Positions 1 to 10,182 of a stretch of 64,000 nucleotides of DNA are shown one piece after another; positions within the stretch are counted from its first letter, which is position 1; each line of letters begins with the position of its first letter. This DNA comes from a virus. Taxonomy: Duplodnaviria > Caudoviricetes. The stretch lies in IMG/VR virus record IMGVR_UViG_3300025011_000016; one strand, written 5' to 3'. Position numbers and translations under genes: made by a program. Under the pieces are notes generated by a model. That model did no database searches, was not told where the DNA came from, and saw only the letters and a program-made list of their open reading frames with translations.

Positions 1-23
1 CATGCCTATTTGAAAAAATAGGC

Positions 24-466
24 ATGTTTTTAGCGAATAAAGGTTTTATACTAAGATCAGGCCATGCTCAGGGAGCTGATATTGCATTTGAAAAGGGATG
101 TGATAAACTTAATGGGATAAAAGAGATATATTTGCCATGGAAAAATTTTGAGAATTCTGATTCTAATTTAATTGTTAAGGATATTAAAGCTTTTGAATTA
201 GCAAAGAAAGTTCATCCTAATTGGGATAGATTATCTGACGGCGTTAAAAAGTTGCAAGCAAGAAATACTCATCAAGTTTTAGGAATGGATTTAAATAATC
301 CATCTAAATTTATTCTCTGTTGGACTAAAGATGGTAAAGGTAAAGGTGTGGTACTGGCCAAGCCATTAGAATTGCCAAGTTATATAATATCCCAGTTTTT
401 GATGCTGGTATTTATTTGGGTATTGAAAATATTAAATTAGGATTAAAAACCTTTTTATCAAAATAG
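24..466 (+). CDS. SLOG/DprA-like nucleotide-binding protein, apparently frameshifted near 346
   Basis: RSGHAQGADIAFE motif; the family motif GGTGQAIRIA continues in another frame after ...aaaggtgtggtact and runs to a TAG near 466. Confidence 0.6.
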
Positions 467-470
467 GGGA

Positions 471-1184
471 GTGGTATTTATGTTATGTGAGAACTGTGGT
501 ACAAAACCTATAGCTCGGGGAATAAAAGAAATTGATTGTTTCATTTGCAGTAAAACTAAATTTATACCCGTTAATTATAAAAATATTTGTAATGACTGTT
601 CTGACAGTTTACACTTATGTCAGAATTGTGGTGCTAATGATCATGTAAAATCGAAAGTGAACGCCTACGATTACTATATGAATGAAATTATATCTATTGC
701 TAGACATTCTGAAACTAAGGATGATTTGATAATATCTAAAGATATTAATGGTAATTATTGGGTAGTTCCGTCAGTAGTGTGGAAAGATAAGAAAATATTG
801 GACAATATGACCCCTACTATTGATAATAATTATGTATTTGGAACATCTATTGAGCTTGGTAAATTGTATACCCATTATAAAAAAGGAGATGAATATGAAG
901 CTCAAATTCTTGCCCGACACGTGCTTACACAATCGGAATATATCATATACCAGGCTAAGTATGGTGATAAATTTATATGGGCCCGCCCTTTACCAATGTG
1001 GGGTGTGATGATCCCGGAGAATGATATAACTGAATTTGGTCAAAAGATACGATTTAAATTAAAAATTATTGATGAAGTTAAATCTATGAAACAGTGTATC
1101 ACTTCGAAACAATTGAAAGAACTAACACCTAATCAATTTAGGAAACTATGTACATTAATTTGGAGATGGGTATCATTCGTGTGA
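471..1184 (+). CDS. Zn-ribbon plus DUF1653-like domain protein
   Basis: CxxC pairs at the N-terminus; YTHYKKG..Y...ARH......YQAKYG...WARP is DUF1653-like. Confidence 0.6.
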   Translation: MVFMLCENCGTKPIARGIKEIDCFICSKTKFIPVNYKNICNDCSDSLHLCQNCGANDHVKSKVNAYDYYMNEIISIARHSETKDDLIISKDINGNYWVVPSVVWKDKKILDNMTPTIDNNYVFGTSIELGKLYTHYKKGDEYEAQILARHVLTQSEYIIYQAKYGDKFIWARPLPMWGVMIPENDITEFGQKIRFKLKIIDEVKSMKQCITSKQLKELTPNQFRKLCTLIWRWVSFV

Positions 1185-1230
1185 TCATGATAAAAAAATA
1201 TTAGATAATTTTCAAAAGGAGCATTCAACA

Positions 1231-1458
1231 TTGTATTTTCCAATATTAGAAAAAACTAATATTGGAAAATGTATTGAGATATTAGGATCAATAGAAATAC
1301 GAAATCGCTTACCTGTTATTAAACGAATTCATGAAGATGGGAAAGAGTATATTAAAATTGTGGTAGATACCAATAAAGGTGTTATTACCACAGATCAGTA
1401 TTATGAATCTCATGAACTCATTGATGCTTTATGGGAACTTATTAAATTAATACTGTAA
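1231..1458 (+). CDS. hypothetical protein
   Basis: 75-aa ORF, TTG start with AGGAG upstream, co-oriented with neighbours. Confidence 0.6.
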   Translation: MYFPILEKTNIGKCIEILGSIEIRNRLPVIKRIHEDGKEYIKIVVDTNKGVITTDQYYESHELIDALWELIKLIL

Positions 1459-1469
1459 ATTATTAAGGG

Positions 1470-2072
1470 GTGATTTATATTAAAGACCGAATAGGTAATT
1501 ATTTCGAAACCTATACGGGAAAGAAATTCTATCCTTTAGATCCAAAACCAGAAGAAATTGATATAAGAGATATTGCCCACGCATTATCTCTTATATGTAA
1601 ATTCGGAGGTCATTGTCCTAAGTTTTATAGTATAGCTCAACATTCAATTTATTTATCAACTGAATTACGTAAATTAGGTTATAACTCTACTATGCAATTA
1701 TATGGTTTATTATACAATGCATCAGAAACTTATGTGGGAAGTATACCTAGATCAGTAAAGATTTCTCTTAGTGGTTATTTATTCACTGAGAAAAATATCC
1801 AAAATGCAATTTGGAGAACTTTTAAATTATATATACCTACTGAAAAAGATCATGTTATTATTAAAGAAGTTATTAATAATCTATTAATCCATGAGCGAGA
1901 ACAGCTCATGGGAAATTTTAATGATTGGAAAAGGAAAGTGTATACTAAGTTAGATTTCAAAATAAATATTATGCCTAATTATGAAGTTGAAAAAGCATTT
2001 ATTGATTTATATTGTGAACTTAGATTTCCGTTACTTAAGAAAAGTGATTATAAAGAAGGAGTGTTTAATTAA
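1470..2072 (+). CDS. HD-domain (YfbR-like 5'-deoxynucleotidase) family protein with a degenerate HD motif
   Basis: TYTGKKF..LDP....IDIRDIAHALS..C.FGGH...YSIAQHS; the expected LLHDASE reads LLYNASE. Confidence 0.75.
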   Translation: MIYIKDRIGNYFETYTGKKFYPLDPKPEEIDIRDIAHALSLICKFGGHCPKFYSIAQHSIYLSTELRKLGYNSTMQLYGLLYNASETYVGSIPRSVKISLSGYLFTEKNIQNAIWRTFKLYIPTEKDHVIIKEVINNLLIHEREQLMGNFNDWKRKVYTKLDFKINIMPNYEVEKAFIDLYCELRFPLLKKSDYKEGVFN

Positions 2073-2251
2073 TGAAAGAAGTTAGAATAGTTGCCGGTGA
2101 GGTAGATAACCTAGTTGAACTATTAAAGTCATTACCATCACATAAAAAGACTGAGGTTGGAATTCATACTGCCAATATAAATGGGTTCCACATTCATTTG
2201 GTTGAAGGTAGTAATAAAGGTGGAGGTTTAATGCGTATTACTAAGAAATAA
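2072..2251 (+). CDS. small hypothetical protein (59 aa, MKEVRIVAGE...)
   Basis: Read manually; AAGGAG upstream, overlaps the previous stop, followed by a hairpin. Confidence 0.6.
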   Translation: MKEVRIVAGEVDNLVELLKSLPSHKKTEVGIHTANINGFHIHLVEGSNKGGGLMRITKK

Positions 2252-2388
2252 TTTTTATCATAGAAGACATAATATTCTTCTATGATGAAAAATTAAATGT
2301 AAAATTCTTAATGATACAATATTGTTTTCATAAACTATTTAAATCTAGGTGTTATATACAATTATAATATAACACCTAGATTTGAAAT

Positions 2389-2398
2389 TATATATTAT
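2389..2398 (+). promoter_or_regulatory. TATATATTAT putative early promoter; also at 12648, 19724, 45174, 59550 (+) and 37591, 41702, 59205 (-)
   Basis: Eight intergenic copies, each upstream of a co-oriented gene. Confidence 0.6.
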
Positions 2399-2436
2399 AA
2401 TTGTATCAACTGAAGATTAAGAGGAGGATTTTATAT

Positions 2437-3375
2437 ATGATTATACAAGGACAACCTGAGTTAAATTTGACTGAAGTATTTGTTACAGATTTTGGAGATA
2501 GTTATCATAAGTTAGCAACAGATCCATCTTCTGAATTAGAAAAAGATGCACGTAAAATTCGGCGACGATATAGAAGTGTTGCCGAGTATATGAGAGCTTT
2601 GTCCATATATAATGAGTATATGGAATGGTTGGTCCAGAAACATGGTGGTGGTCAATTGTTCGGTATAAAGAACAAATATGAACTCATTGAAGACTTTGTT
2701 CCCCCTAAACCAAGAATGCGTAATACCGTAATGAATAAGTATATTCTCAAGAATCGTATTTTATTAAGCAATATGAAACATTCTACACCATTAGATTCAA
2801 TTGAAGAATTCATTGATAGGACAGTTGTTATCGATAAAGATGTTGAATTCACAACTGTTAAAATGACAGATAAAGTTGCCCTTCGGATGTTAAAAGAAGA
2901 AGGTAATAACTTATCAGCAAAAGAGATTAAAGAGATAACTAACATTGATTATCTAGAAGAGTATTTCAAAACTAAAAATGTTATGAAGGAGAAGAAAGAA
3001 AAAGAGGTTAATATATCATTAAGAGAAATACTTAGTGGTGCATATGTTGATAAGATCAAAGATACCACTGAAGAAGATACTATTATATGGTATAAGGGTA
3101 ATTACATGAATCGGGAAACTGTTAATGAATTACAAGTATATCAAGATTTAAATGATAGTGGTTGGAACTCAATGAGATTGATGAAACATAAAAATGTTAG
3201 TAAACGTGTTACTAGAGTTATGCAAGACAAAGATCGTAGATCTAAGAAGAAAGGTAAGAAGAATAAAAAGAATGATGATTTCATAGTTAAAATTGTAACC
3301 GATAATGACTATGATACATTTAAAGATTTTGAAGAAGATATGAGAGACTTTACCGCAGGTAATTTATTTAGGTAA
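2437..3375 (+). CDS. hypothetical protein
   Basis: Long ORF; AGGAGG before ATG 2437; TATATATTAT motif upstream. Confidence 0.7.
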   Translation: MIIQGQPELNLTEVFVTDFGDSYHKLATDPSSELEKDARKIRRRYRSVAEYMRALSIYNEYMEWLVQKHGGGQLFGIKNKYELIEDFVPPKPRMRNTVMNKYILKNRILLSNMKHSTPLDSIEEFIDRTVVIDKDVEFTTVKMTDKVALRMLKEEGNNLSAKEIKEITNIDYLEEYFKTKNVMKEKKEKEVNISLREILSGAYVDKIKDTTEEDTIIWYKGNYMNRETVNELQVYQDLNDSGWNSMRLMKHKNVSKRVTRVMQDKDRRSKKKGKKNKKNDDFIVKIVTDNDYDTFKDFEEDMRDFTAGNLFR

Positions 3376-3415
3376 GCGTGTATTATGTTTCTAAAAAGAT
3401 GAGAGAGGTGTTATT

Positions 3416-4963
3416 ATGACAACCAAAGTAATACGTAGTAGAATTCTTGAACATTTTGAACCGGCTCTATTGAAAGATCTTTATAAAGTTTGTAAATCAA
3501 CTGGAACTTCTGATAATAATATCAAAACGGATATTATGTTAGAAGTACTACATCGTTATAAGAAAGATTTTACAGAATTAGGGCCTGGAACTAATAGGCT
3601 TGCAATTCTTATTGATAACTATGTATTTAAATTAGCCTTGGATAAGGCTGGTACTAGAGATAACATTAGTGAGTTTATAACCAGTGAAGAACTACAACCA
3701 TATGTTATTAAAACGTATGAAACCAATGGCTTAATTGCCGTTAGTGAATATATTACTGTCATATCACGTGAGGAATTTATTGATCGCCGAGAAGAGCTTC
3801 GTAAAATTTTATCTATATTATCTGAAAGTTACTTATTAGGTGACGTTGGTACTGTAGGTAAAAACTTCCTCAACTGGGGCTATCGTAATGACGGAGATTT
3901 GGCAATATTGGACTATGCCTACATTTATAGAATTAATGGTGAGGAAATGACTTGTAGGAATTGCCAATCATTAATTATATATGATGAAAATTATCATAAC
4001 TTATTATGTCCTAATTGTCATAGGAAGTATACTTTCACTGACATCAGAAGGCGCATTCCAATGGCTGTCGAAGAGAAGGATAATTTTATGGCCATGTCGT
4101 TAGCATATAAGCTAATAGAGCCATTACAAACATTCAATGATAGTCTTGAAGAAGATAATTCTTCTTCTGAAAATAAAAAGGAGGTCTATGAAATGGGTAA
4201 AGGTTTTGGTAAATTTGATGATTCGGATGAAATGCCGGGTATTGATGATTATCTCAAAGTATTAGAAAAGTTTAATGCCAACAAGAAATCGCAAGTTATT
4301 AATCCACCGGTAATCGATGGTGAGTTAAATGAAGATAATGTTCTTCAAACGGCTCAAATGTTGGTTGATCCAGATGAGACACTATTTGAGGAAGAATCTG
4401 AGGGTACTAATACAGTTACCAATGAATTTTTCCATATTGATAGGGAGATGTCTAATGATCCTGAATGTATCGATGAAACCACTGGTGAAGGTAACTGGCC
4501 ACAATGTTGTGGAAATGAATGTGCTGATACTCCAGTTGTAGTAGAACAGGAGTTTATAGTACTGAATGCTCACAATGCTACAGTCGGAGTGGATATGTGT
4601 GTGGATGGGAAGGACACTACCGTGTTGGTATCAGCCGATACTGATACTGGAAACGTTGAATCGATTCAAGTTATACAAACTTCTTCAGATATGCATGAAT
4701 ATATGTCCCAATTACCATCTAACATTAATATGGATATAGTAGATACTAGTTTAGTTTTGAACGTCGAACTGGAACAAGGTCCTCAGACAATTGATTTGAG
4801 GACCGACACCCCAGATGTAGCAAATTCAGTTCAGAATATGAGAGATTTGCTACGAATGGATATTGGCGATACTGGTCTTTCAGATGCAGAAAAAGACCAG
4901 TATGATAAAATGTTTGAAAAAGCTGGTCAGGATAGTCGGATTCATAGAGGAGGACATAAATAA
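3416..4963 (+). CDS. protein-kinase-like domain plus Zn ribbon plus acidic C-terminal region
   Basis: LGPGTNR (Gly loop), VFKLA, NWG...AILDYA (activation-segment-like), CRNC...CPNC; D/E-rich tail. Confidence 0.6.
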   Translation: MTTKVIRSRILEHFEPALLKDLYKVCKSTGTSDNNIKTDIMLEVLHRYKKDFTELGPGTNRLAILIDNYVFKLALDKAGTRDNISEFITSEELQPYVIKTYETNGLIAVSEYITVISREEFIDRREELRKILSILSESYLLGDVGTVGKNFLNWGYRNDGDLAILDYAYIYRINGEEMTCRNCQSLIIYDENYHNLLCPNCHRKYTFTDIRRRIPMAVEEKDNFMAMSLAYKLIEPLQTFNDSLEEDNSSSENKKEVYEMGKGFGKFDDSDEMPGIDDYLKVLEKFNANKKSQVINPPVIDGELNEDNVLQTAQMLVDPDETLFEEESEGTNTVTNEFFHIDREMSNDPECIDETTGEGNWPQCCGNECADTPVVVEQEFIVLNAHNATVGVDMCVDGKDTTVLVSADTDTGNVESIQVIQTSSDMHEYMSQLPSNINMDIVDTSLVLNVELEQGPQTIDLRTDTPDVANSVQNMRDLLRMDIGDTGLSDAEKDQYDKMFEKAGQDSRIHRGGHK

Positions 4964-4964
4964 T

Positions 4965-5621
4965 ATGGGGTGTGTAATCAGAATGAATTCTGAGGAGTTT
5001 ATTGCAGACTTCTTAAAAGAATTCAATCCAGATGATTTTCAGTTCATATTGATATCTGAAAATATCACTACAAAGAGGCGGTATAAAAATGTTATGCCTA
5101 TAAAGGCATTGATACCTCCACCTAATGTAGCCCAGATATTTATCAACGACGGTATGTGTAAATCATATGAGTCCAAGTATTTTGATTATCTCAAGAAGAA
5201 AGACGTTGAAGCTTTAATTACGATTATTGCTAAGTCGGCTTTATCTGGTATGAACCTAGTTCTTATTTGTTCAAAATCGGAAGATGATTTTAAATATCTA
5301 AAGATCATTTGTCAATTCATTGAAGAAGAGTATAGATTAAAAACATATACTCTCAAACGATTTATGAATGATCCACGTAAAGCCTCTAAGATTAAAAACG
5401 ATAGAGAGGTAACTTCCATCTTGATGAAGAAGATGGAGAAACTTCATGAAAATGTGAGTGAGATAAATCCCAATATAAATGAAGATAGTTTTATTAAGAA
5501 ACTGAAGAAATTTAGTAAAAAGGAGCTTACGAGTTATTGTAAAAATCGGATCAAGATCAAATCTAATATGTCGAAGAGAAAGATCCGTAAGAAGATAATC
5601 GACAAGTTATTTAACAACTAG
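4965..5621 (+). CDS. hypothetical protein
   Basis: ORF; GAGG before ATG 4965. Confidence 0.65.
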   Translation: MGCVIRMNSEEFIADFLKEFNPDDFQFILISENITTKRRYKNVMPIKALIPPPNVAQIFINDGMCKSYESKYFDYLKKKDVEALITIIAKSALSGMNLVLICSKSEDDFKYLKIICQFIEEEYRLKTYTLKRFMNDPRKASKIKNDREVTSILMKKMEKLHENVSEINPNINEDSFIKKLKKFSKKELTSYCKNRIKIKSNMSKRKIRKKIIDKLFNN

Positions 5622-5671
5622 ACTTAACAATGTCGTTATGTGAGTTTATTTCTAAACTCACATAACGACAT

Positions 5672-6442
5672 ATGGAAAGGTGGTATTATATGTTATATAA
5701 TAGACATAACTACTTAAATAAGAATATTGAATTTCTAGTATCTAATGAGATAATTGAATATGATATGCAATCGGCAGGTTTCAATATATTAAAGTATTAT
5801 AAATTAGTTAGTGATGATAAATTAAATTTTTTAGAATCTCTTGGTAAGAAAGAAAGACATGTTCAAATCGGATTGTATCAAAGGGCTGATAAAGTATTAG
5901 CTAGACAACTTAATGACAAATTTATTGAAACACGTAAATGGTTCTTTGAACAAAATGAGTTAATTGATGAAGATATTTTATCTATAAAGAAAGATGCAGT
6001 CATTACTTTCAAACGATGTTTAGTAACAGAACTAGATAATATTAAGTTTATTGAAAAGAATATATATACATCATATTACTATTTAAATAAATTGGAATTT
6101 TATTATAACAATAATGTCATTCATGTCAAAGGTATTAATGATGATTTGTTGAAATTACATTCAGAGTATATGCTAGACTTTTTACATATGTTTTTTCGAA
6201 TGAATGAAACTATTAAGGTTAAAAAGATCATTGAGTATTTAAAAGAGTTTTCACATTATTATAAAAATAGACATCTTGAAATTGGTTATTATAGAGAGTT
6301 GAATAAACAATCATTATTTAAATTAAATGATAGTCTATTTAATTCCCCATTAGGAATACGTGATATTGGTGACGTTGGTGAGATAAATATAGATTATAAT
6401 TATCTAAATTATCTTATTCCTTTGATCGGCATATTAATTTAA
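5672..6442 (+). CDS. small family-B DNA polymerase palm-like protein
   Basis: EYDMQSAGF (motif A-like) and LSIKKDAV (motif C-like). Confidence 0.45.
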   Translation: MERWYYMLYNRHNYLNKNIEFLVSNEIIEYDMQSAGFNILKYYKLVSDDKLNFLESLGKKERHVQIGLYQRADKVLARQLNDKFIETRKWFFEQNELIDEDILSIKKDAVITFKRCLVTELDNIKFIEKNIYTSYYYLNKLEFYYNNNVIHVKGINDDLLKLHSEYMLDFLHMFFRMNETIKVKKIIEYLKEFSHYYKNRHLEIGYYRELNKQSLFKLNDSLFNSPLGIRDIGDVGEINIDYNYLNYLIPLIGILI

Positions 6443-6485
6443 AAAAATAAAGACTATGTATTTCTACATAGTCTTTATTTTTTTT
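6441..6485. terminator. bidirectional intrinsic terminator
   Basis: Perfect inverted repeat flanked by A and T runs between convergent genes. Confidence 0.8.
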
Positions 6486-6844
6486 GTATTTGTGAATTCC
6501 ATTAACATTATTTCAGTATATTTCGCAACATAACCAATTATATATTTACGTGTATAAAAGAATTCTAATTCTTTTATAAGTGAAGGGCTTAATGCATTCA
6601 TTGTCGCTCGGGTGATGTTATCTAATTCTTCTTGAAAGTTATAAAGCATAACAAGATCTTTTAATTCATATTCTAATTTATAACGCATTTCAAATTCACG
6701 TTTCATAGTTCCATTTAATATAAACATACACTCATCATGAGTTAGTCTAAGTTTCGGTTCATTCCAATCGGTTACATGTATAAATAATCGAAATAATAGA
6801 GCTAAGATAATACCAATTTCAATGACCAAAATGTAATTATTCAC
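6464..6844 (-). CDS. hypothetical protein with N-terminal hydrophobic helix
   Basis: ORF track; hydrophobic N-terminus. Confidence 0.6.
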   Translation of the reverse strand: MNNYILVIEIGIILALLFRLFIHVTDWNEPKLRLTHDECMFILNGTMKREFEMRYKLEYELKDLVMLYNFQEELDNITRATMNALSPSLIKELEFFYTRKYIIGYVAKYTEIMLMEFTNTKKIKTM

Positions 6845-7493
6845 TATACTTCCCCCATCTTTTAATGTTTTCTTTTAATTCCAATACGTTTTTATCAAAA
6901 CTATCATATTTTTCTGAGGCTTCGATATATTTATTAATTTTACTAATGTGTTCCTTATGAAGTCCTTTCTTATATTTTTTAATAAATGAATTTAAATCTC
7001 CAAATGCTTGACGGAGATTAATAAATATATTATTAATATGAACTTGTTGATGTACAGTTTTAGTTAACATAACTACTTGGATTAAGTTATTGAAATGTTC
7101 TTCAAGGATAATATCAGCAACTATATAACTATTAATTCTTCTATTGTTGAATATTAGATAATCAATTATTATGGTTACATAGTCAAATAATGTTAAAATT
7201 GGTCCGTGGTGCATCTCAATGTCTACTTCATCATCGTCAGTAATATTAGATAACACTTGACAAGTATTTAAACCAATATCTTTTTTTAGGTATTTGATAT
7301 ATCCAGAATAAAAGGTTGATGTTCTAATAAGTTTCTCAGTTGCTTTTACAAAAGATACAAAATTATCAATATCAGCAAAATATGTGCTATTTTTATAAAA
7401 AGGGAGTTCATATGACGCACTATTAGAATCAATTATAGGGAATTTGTCTTTTTTAAACTCTATGCCTGGTATAATATTCATAAATTTCATCAC
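6837..7493 (-). CDS. hypothetical protein, possible HNH-like fold
   Basis: CQV...EMHH...HQQVH pattern; AACA-N6-TA motif upstream. Confidence 0.5.
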   Translation of the reverse strand: MMKFMNIIPGIEFKKDKFPIIDSNSASYELPFYKNSTYFADIDNFVSFVKATEKLIRTSTFYSGYIKYLKKDIGLNTCQVLSNITDDDEVDIEMHHGPILTLFDYVTIIIDYLIFNNRRINSYIVADIILEEHFNNLIQVVMLTKTVHQQVHINNIFINLRQAFGDLNSFIKKYKKGLHKEHISKINKYIEASEKYDSFDKNVLELKENIKRWGKYSE

Positions 7494-7565
7494 TCTCTTT
7501 CATTCTAATTTTGTACTACATTATAGTAATGTTGAATATTTGAAAAGGGAAGGTGATGATAGTAT

Positions 7566-10136
7566 ATGTTTATGCTTGATAATTTAATTAGAGATATACG
7601 GAGTATCATGAACTCTGTGGTAATAAAATATGAAAAAAATGCTAAGGTAATGGAAACTTTAGATATAGTAAAGGAATCTGATATGTATATATCGGCAACG
7701 TTACAACAAGATTCTTTTAATAGCTATATTAGATTTGATTTAGATTTAATAATGTCCTCTGGTGTAAATGATCCATTAGTTGCTCAAACATACTATGAAA
7801 ATAAAAGTTTAATTCCTTCTATATATAGAGAAATAATATTGGCTAAACAAAGGGCTCGTATCATAAATGATTATGTTGAAAAAAATAATTATTATCGAAT
7901 GCTTAATGGATTACCAGATATTGATGATATTGAAGTTATATATGTTGATTCGGAGATATGTATAGCAAATTCTTTAACCCCAAATACCCCGATTCATTTA
8001 TATCCACTAGAAGATATTTATACTCTAATGTATATAGGGGAAATAGATAAACTTATATTAAAGTATCCAACAAAGAAATATTTATTATATCTAGGACCCA
8101 ATCAGATAGATATAGTTCAAGCTAGGACAGCTAAGAATTTTATGATATTACGAATGACATCAGATATAAGTGACTCACTATACGCACAATTCAATGATTT
8201 TTATTTACAAAGTAGAGAATATTTTATGACTGTATTATATATTAAAGAGTATGCAAAGACTTATGAATTATATGATAATTTTATGGCAATGATGATAATG
8301 GTTATGACAATTCAGAAAACTGCAGTAAATCTATTTAAGAATGGTATTAATAGAGACTTCTATGATTTGGACTCCATTAAAATGTTATTAGATTCATATA
8401 AGATTCCATTCATGGTTGATCTTCCCATTGAATATCAAAGAGCCTTATTAAGAAACTTAAATAATCTATTACGCTATAAATCTACAGATAAAGTCTTATA
8501 TGATATTTGTTCATTAATGGGATTTGAACGAATGAAGATATTTAAATACTTTTTGATTAAAGAACATATCGTAGATGAAAACGGAGTACCTATTTTCCTA
8601 TATAAAGATGAAGTTAATGATGAGGGAGTTACTATAACTGTAGAAGACAAAGAAAATATGTATAATTTTTATTTTCAGAGGATTAATTTAACCGAAAAGA
8701 ATATTGCATTAGCCTTAACTGATGATACTATGAAAGTTGATTATGATATAGTAACTACCAATGATCCTTATTGGTGGGAAGATGAAAATCTGAAGAATAC
8801 TTTACTTACAGAAGATTTTAATTATATAGAATCAAAATATATGAATATGAATCTTATGTATCATTTAAGTGAAATGTTATTCGAAATAATATATGTGTTT
8901 AGATTAATAATAGATAAAAAAGACTCAATAGAATATATAACCATTAGATTGTCTAATATGTTTCTAAATAAACCCATTAAGTTATTCGATACATTAATTT
9001 TATTATGTGCGTTAATAGCTAAACGAGATCATATGGCTGGCAATATTTTAGTAGACCCATCAAAGATTTTATCAATTCTAGGTTTTAATTTTACTAATGA
9101 TTTTAAAATCATTCAAGATACAATTAAGAATAATCCACAAGTATATGATCAAGAGTTATTAACATATTTTGAGAATATGAATAAAACATCACCTCAAGAT
9201 ATTAATAATCTATTTACTAATATAAAAGGTTTGAATACTTTTCTTATCAATAAAATGAACACTAGTAGTAGTATTGAAGAATATAGAGCATATAAAAATC
9301 TATTTACAGCTTTAATGGTTTCCACTGAATCCACTACTTTATTTCAGAAATCAGATGGTACTCCAGCACTAACATTCAAAGATTACTTTAGTGATCATGA
9401 TAGTATAATATATGATTTTATTGATACTGTTGAATATGATAAAATTCCAGGGTATATCGATTATATTATTTTTAACTTAAATGATCTTCTTATAGATCTT
9501 AAGTATATTAAGTTCATAAATGACACTAATAATCCCATAATCAATGCTATTACAACATTAATAAACTTCTTTAAATCATACACAGTTAATTTAACTGACA
9601 TGAATATTTTTTATATATTAGATAGTAAAGCATATAACTTTATAACTTTAGTTGGAGATATCAAAACCATTAGTGGTATTATACCTTTAAATGATGATTC
9701 ATATTTAATGGATTCGTCTATGATAAGTAAAACTATTTCAAACATGGAATCATATAATTCATATGATACATTAAGAGATATAGTTTCTAATATATTAGTT
9801 AAAGATAATTTAAGTCTATTTAATACAATTACAGGTTTTAGTAAATTATTTACATTAAATACTAATTTACACATGGTTGATTTTCTTATTATATCTAAAC
9901 TGATTCAATTGAAAGATATGTGTAATTATTCAGATATGTTAAAACATATATCAACTACTATACTTAATAAAGATAAGTTAGAATTACTTAATATCATTAA
10001 ATCTATCACAACCAATCTACCTATTAATGATTCTAGTTTAATGATGGATTACCTTTTAGCTGATAAGGTTTTATTAATTAAAGATACTCTACTTATACTA
10101 GATAAAAATATTGAATTAATATATGAGCCCCAATAA
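7566..10136 (+). CDS. large putative virion structural (baseplate-like) protein
   Basis: 856-aa ORF next to other structural-type genes; function inferred from context only. Confidence 0.5.
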   Translation: MFMLDNLIRDIRSIMNSVVIKYEKNAKVMETLDIVKESDMYISATLQQDSFNSYIRFDLDLIMSSGVNDPLVAQTYYENKSLIPSIYREIILAKQRARIINDYVEKNNYYRMLNGLPDIDDIEVIYVDSEICIANSLTPNTPIHLYPLEDIYTLMYIGEIDKLILKYPTKKYLLYLGPNQIDIVQARTAKNFMILRMTSDISDSLYAQFNDFYLQSREYFMTVLYIKEYAKTYELYDNFMAMMIMVMTIQKTAVNLFKNGINRDFYDLDSIKMLLDSYKIPFMVDLPIEYQRALLRNLNNLLRYKSTDKVLYDICSLMGFERMKIFKYFLIKEHIVDENGVPIFLYKDEVNDEGVTITVEDKENMYNFYFQRINLTEKNIALALTDDTMKVDYDIVTTNDPYWWEDENLKNTLLTEDFNYIESKYMNMNLMYHLSEMLFEIIYVFRLIIDKKDSIEYITIRLSNMFLNKPIKLFDTLILLCALIAKRDHMAGNILVDPSKILSILGFNFTNDFKIIQDTIKNNPQVYDQELLTYFENMNKTSPQDINNLFTNIKGLNTFLINKMNTSSSIEEYRAYKNLFTALMVSTESTTLFQKSDGTPALTFKDYFSDHDSIIYDFIDTVEYDKIPGYIDYIIFNLNDLLIDLKYIKFINDTNNPIINAITTLINFFKSYTVNLTDMNIFYILDSKAYNFITLVGDIKTISGIIPLNDDSYLMDSSMISKTISNMESYNSYDTLRDIVSNILVKDNLSLFNTITGFSKLFTLNTNLHMVDFLIISKLIQLKDMCNYSDMLKHISTTILNKDKLELLNIIKSITTNLPINDSSLMMDYLLADKVLLIKDTLLILDKNIELIYEPQ

Positions 10137-10182
10137 TAGAAACATATCCATAAAAGAAACTACGAATGGGAGTGAATTGTAA

